From an uncultured Conexibacteraceae bacterium (GTDB taxonomy: Bacteria; Actinomycetota; Thermoleophilia; Solirubrobacterales; Solirubrobacteraceae): a stretch of 64,000 bases of DNA. This document shows positions 61,513 to 64,000 of this stretch, in pieces. Under the pieces are notes generated by a model. It was not told where the DNA came from. It did not search any database and saw only the letters and a list, made by a program, of their open reading frames with translations. The translations under genes and the position numbers were made by a program. Where the stretch lies: positions 84,368 to 148,367 of the forward strand of contig CAWAVA010000021.1 of NCBI GenBank assembly GCA_963785385.1, read 5' to 3'. Every line of letters starts with the position of its first letter. Within the stretch, counting starts at the first letter, position 1.

Positions 61513-62339
61513 GCACCGTGGCGGTTCCGGGCATCGCCGATCTGCCGACCCGGGAGCAGGTGCTGCCGCAGGCCCGCACCGAGAACTTCAAGGTTGCGAG
61601 CGGACTGCTGGGGCGCCGCCGCGCCCGCAACCTGATGGCGATCTACGGGTTCGCGCGGCTCGTCGACGACGTCGGCGACGAGGCCGACGGCGACCGCAAC
61701 GCGCTGCTCGACCTAGTCGCTCTCGAGTTGGCGCGTGCATTCTCCGACCCCCTGCTGCCAGAACATCCACTGATGCGCGAGCTCGCCGCGACCGTGGCGG
61801 AATGCGCGCTGCCGATAGGTCCGTTCCAACGGCTGATCGAGGCCAACCGTCTCGATCAGGTGGTCACGCACTACGAGACGTTCACCCAGCTCTACGACTA
61901 CTGCATGCTCTCGGCCGCTCCGGTGGGAGAGCTGGTGCTGCACGTCTTCGACGCTGCCTCGCCCGCGCGGATCGCGCTGTCAGACCGGGTCTGCGCCGGC
62001 CTGCAGGTCGTCGAGCACCTCCAGGACATCGCGGAGGACCATGCCCGCGGCCGCGTCTACATGCCGCGTGAGGATCTGACCCACTTTGGCGTCGATGAGT
62101 CCGCGCTGTCTGGCCGACGCTCGGCCGCTCTCCAGGCGTTGATCTCGTTTGAGAGCACCCGGGCCAGAGGTCTGCTCGGCAGCGGCGCGCCGCTTGCGCG
62201 CACGCTGCCGCCGGCAGCGCGCCTGGCGGTCTCCGGCTTCGTGGCCGGCGGGTTCCACGCGCTCGACGGGCTCGAGTTCGGTGGCGCAGGGCGCATGTCC
62301 TACGCGGCCAGAATGTTCAGAACGGCGGTCGGACGATGA
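61509..62339 (+). CDS. hpnC: Squalene synthase HpnC
   Basis: ENF.VAS, IYGFARLVDDVGDE, YC..SA.PVG, EHLQD. Confidence 0.88.
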   Translation: MSTVAVPGIADLPTREQVLPQARTENFKVASGLLGRRRARNLMAIYGFARLVDDVGDEADGDRNALLDLVALELARAFSDPLLPEHPLMRELAATVAECALPIGPFQRLIEANRLDQVVTHYETFTQLYDYCMLSAAPVGELVLHVFDAASPARIALSDRVCAGLQVVEHLQDIAEDHARGRVYMPREDLTHFGVDESALSGRRSAALQALISFESTRARGLLGSGAPLARTLPPAARLAVSGFVAGGFHALDGLEFGGAGRMSYAARMFRTAVGR

Positions 62340-63211
62340 TCGTCGCCGCGATCGAGGCCGAGTACGCATACCGCGAATGCGAACAGATCACGCGCGCGAA
62401 TGCGGCGAACTTCTACTACGGGATTCGGCTGCTGCCGCGCGCCAAGCGCCAGGCGATGTGCGCCGTCTACGCCTTCGCAAGGCGCGTCGACGACATCGGC
62501 GACGGCGACCTCCAGCAGCAACAGCAGCTCGCTCAGCTCGCCCGCGAGCGCAGCCGACTGGCTGCGCTCGCGGAGGGCCAGGCCGACCTCGCGGATCCCG
62601 TCAGCGTCGCACTGGCCCACGCGAGCGAGCGCTACGAGCTGCCGTCGGACGCACTTGAGCTGCTCATCGAGGGCGTGGAGCATGACGTCGCCGGCACCGA
62701 ATACGAGCGCTTCGAGGATCTCGTCCGTTACTGCCGCTGCGTCGCCGGGTCGATCGGGCGTCTGTGCCTGGCGATCTTCAGTGACGGTACCGCGGACGTG
62801 GAGGCGCACCGGCTGGCGGACGACCTCGGTGTCGCCATGCAGCTGACCAACATCCTGCGTGACGTGGTCGAGGACCGTGGGCTCGGGCGCATCTACCTGC
62901 CGGCCGAGGATCTGCGCCGGTTCGGCTCGCCGGACCTCACGGTCGATTCGCTGGACACGATCGCGCTGATCCGCTTTGAGGCAGAGCGCGCCGAGGACTG
63001 GTTCGACCGGGGCCTGGGGCTGCTGGAGATGCTGGACGCGCGCAGCGCCGCATGCGTGGAGGCGATGACAGGCATCTACCGCAGGATTCTCGATCGCATC
63101 CTCGAGGACCCGGCAGCGGTCACGCGCGGCCGCATCTCGCTGTCAGCAGCCCAGAAGTCATGGGTGGCGGCGCGCAGTCTGGTGGCAGCCGGCGGGGGGC
63201 GTGACCGGTGA
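62336..63211 (+). CDS. hpnD: Presqualene diphosphate synthase HpnD
   Basis: NFYYGIRLLP, RRVDDIGD, QLTNILRDV.ED..GRIYLP. Confidence 0.88.
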   Translation: MIVAAIEAEYAYRECEQITRANAANFYYGIRLLPRAKRQAMCAVYAFARRVDDIGDGDLQQQQQLAQLARERSRLAALAEGQADLADPVSVALAHASERYELPSDALELLIEGVEHDVAGTEYERFEDLVRYCRCVAGSIGRLCLAIFSDGTADVEAHRLADDLGVAMQLTNILRDVVEDRGLGRIYLPAEDLRRFGSPDLTVDSLDTIALIRFEAERAEDWFDRGLGLLEMLDARSAACVEAMTGIYRRILDRILEDPAAVTRGRISLSAAQKSWVAARSLVAAGGGRDR

Positions 63212-64000
63212 GCCGCGGCACGGTCGTGGTCATCGGAGGCGGACTCGCGGGCATAACGGCCGCGCTCGACGCGGCCCGCGGCGGCGCGGCCGTGACGCTG
63301 CTGGAAGCGCGCGGTCGGCTGGGCGGCGCGGCCTACTCGTTCGACCGCGAAGGTCTGTCGGTCGACAACGGCCAGCACGTGTTCCTGCGCTGTTGCAGCG
63401 CCTACCGGCAGCTGCTCGAGACGCTCGGCGCCACAGCGCTCGTGACGATGCAGCAGCGGCTCGAGGTGGCGGTCTTCGCGCCCGGAGGACGGCTCGGATG
63501 GCTGCGGCGCTCGGGGCTCCCGGCGCCGTTGCACATGGCCGTGTCACTGCTGCGCTACCCGTTCCTTGACTGGCGCGAGCGACTCTCGGCGGCGTGGACG
63601 ATGCGGCGGCTCGGTGCAATCGACGTCGACGACCCGCGCAACGACGCCCGTGCGTTCGGCGAGTGGCTGGGGGCCCACCGCCAGCACGCTGGGGCGGTGG
63701 AGTCGCTCTGGGACCTGATCGCGCGGCCGACGCTCAACCTGCAGGTCGCCGACGCGTCGCTGGCGCAGGCTGCGCAGGTGTTTCAGCTGGGGCTGTTGCA
63801 GCAGGCCGATGCAGGCGACATCGGCTGGGCGCTGGCGCCATTGTCGGAGATCCACGATCGCGCGGCGCAGGCGGCGCTGGACGCCGAGCGCGTCGACGTT
63901 CGCACCCGCGTCACGGTCAAATCGATTGCGGCTGACGCAGACGGGTTCGAGGTGCAGACCAGTGACGGACCGGCGCTGCACGCCGACGCGGTCGTGTTGG
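63208..64000 (+). CDS. hpnE: Hydroxysqualene dehydroxylase HpnE (runs off the right edge)
   Basis: GTG 63208: VVVIGGGLAG, LEAR.RLGG, DNGQHVFLRCC. Confidence 0.88.
   Translation, partial: MSRGTVVVIGGGLAGITAALDAARGGAAVTLLEARGRLGGAAYSFDREGLSVDNGQHVFLRCCSAYRQLLETLGATALVTMQQRLEVAVFAPGGRLGWLRRSGLPAPLHMAVSLLRYPFLDWRERLSAAWTMRRLGAIDVDDPRNDARAFGEWLGAHRQHAGAVESLWDLIARPTLNLQVADASLAQAAQVFQLGLLQQADAGDIGWALAPLSEIHDRAAQAALDAERVDVRTRVTVKSIAADADGFEVQTSDGPALHADAVVL

Noticed and set aside
1-64000. CRISPR array or cas genes
   Set aside because: No regularly spaced repeat-spacer units or Cas motifs were seen.

Overview
GC-rich actinobacterial DNA; the gene repertoire suggests Thermoleophilia/Solirubrobacterales (inference). 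The window has two parts. (1) Positions 1-33355 are the right-hand portion of a large integrative conjugative element (ICE) inserted in a tRNA-Leu(CAA) gene; only the orphan 3' half of that tRNA remains, at 33303-33355. The ICE carries a phage-fibre-like gene cut off by the left edge, a compact 3-gene CBASS-like operon (CD-NTase, stand-alone E2-like protein, uncharacterised 1-TM protein) behind a structured leader, a ~15.6 kb minus-strand actinobacterial T4SS operon (pilin, VirB6, SCO6880/VirB3-like, VirB4, VirD4, DUF4913, SLT-NlpC/P60, SSB; no relaxase visible), xis and a tyrosine integrase. An ~11 kb defence block (HEPN protein, qatABCD, DUF6919, Ser/Thr kinase, TM protein, Abi_C/HEPN-like protein, HTH fusion) follows, bracketed by a duplicated integrase-3'-end/arm-site sequence. 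(2) Positions 33420-64000 are host chromosome: zwf, a TrkA-type channel, tRNA-Leu/Trp/Gly, two PilZ proteins, a crcB-crcB-DUF190 operon under an atypical fluoride riboswitch, Glu/Leu/Phe/Val dehydrogenase, F420/LLM enzymes, fabF, an ABC exporter and a hopanoid cluster (hpnO, shc, hpnCDE). Many genes, including housekeeping ones, contain frameshifts; these are most likely long-read indel errors, so coordinates of split genes are approximate. All family assignments come from motif recognition by eye; no database search was run.
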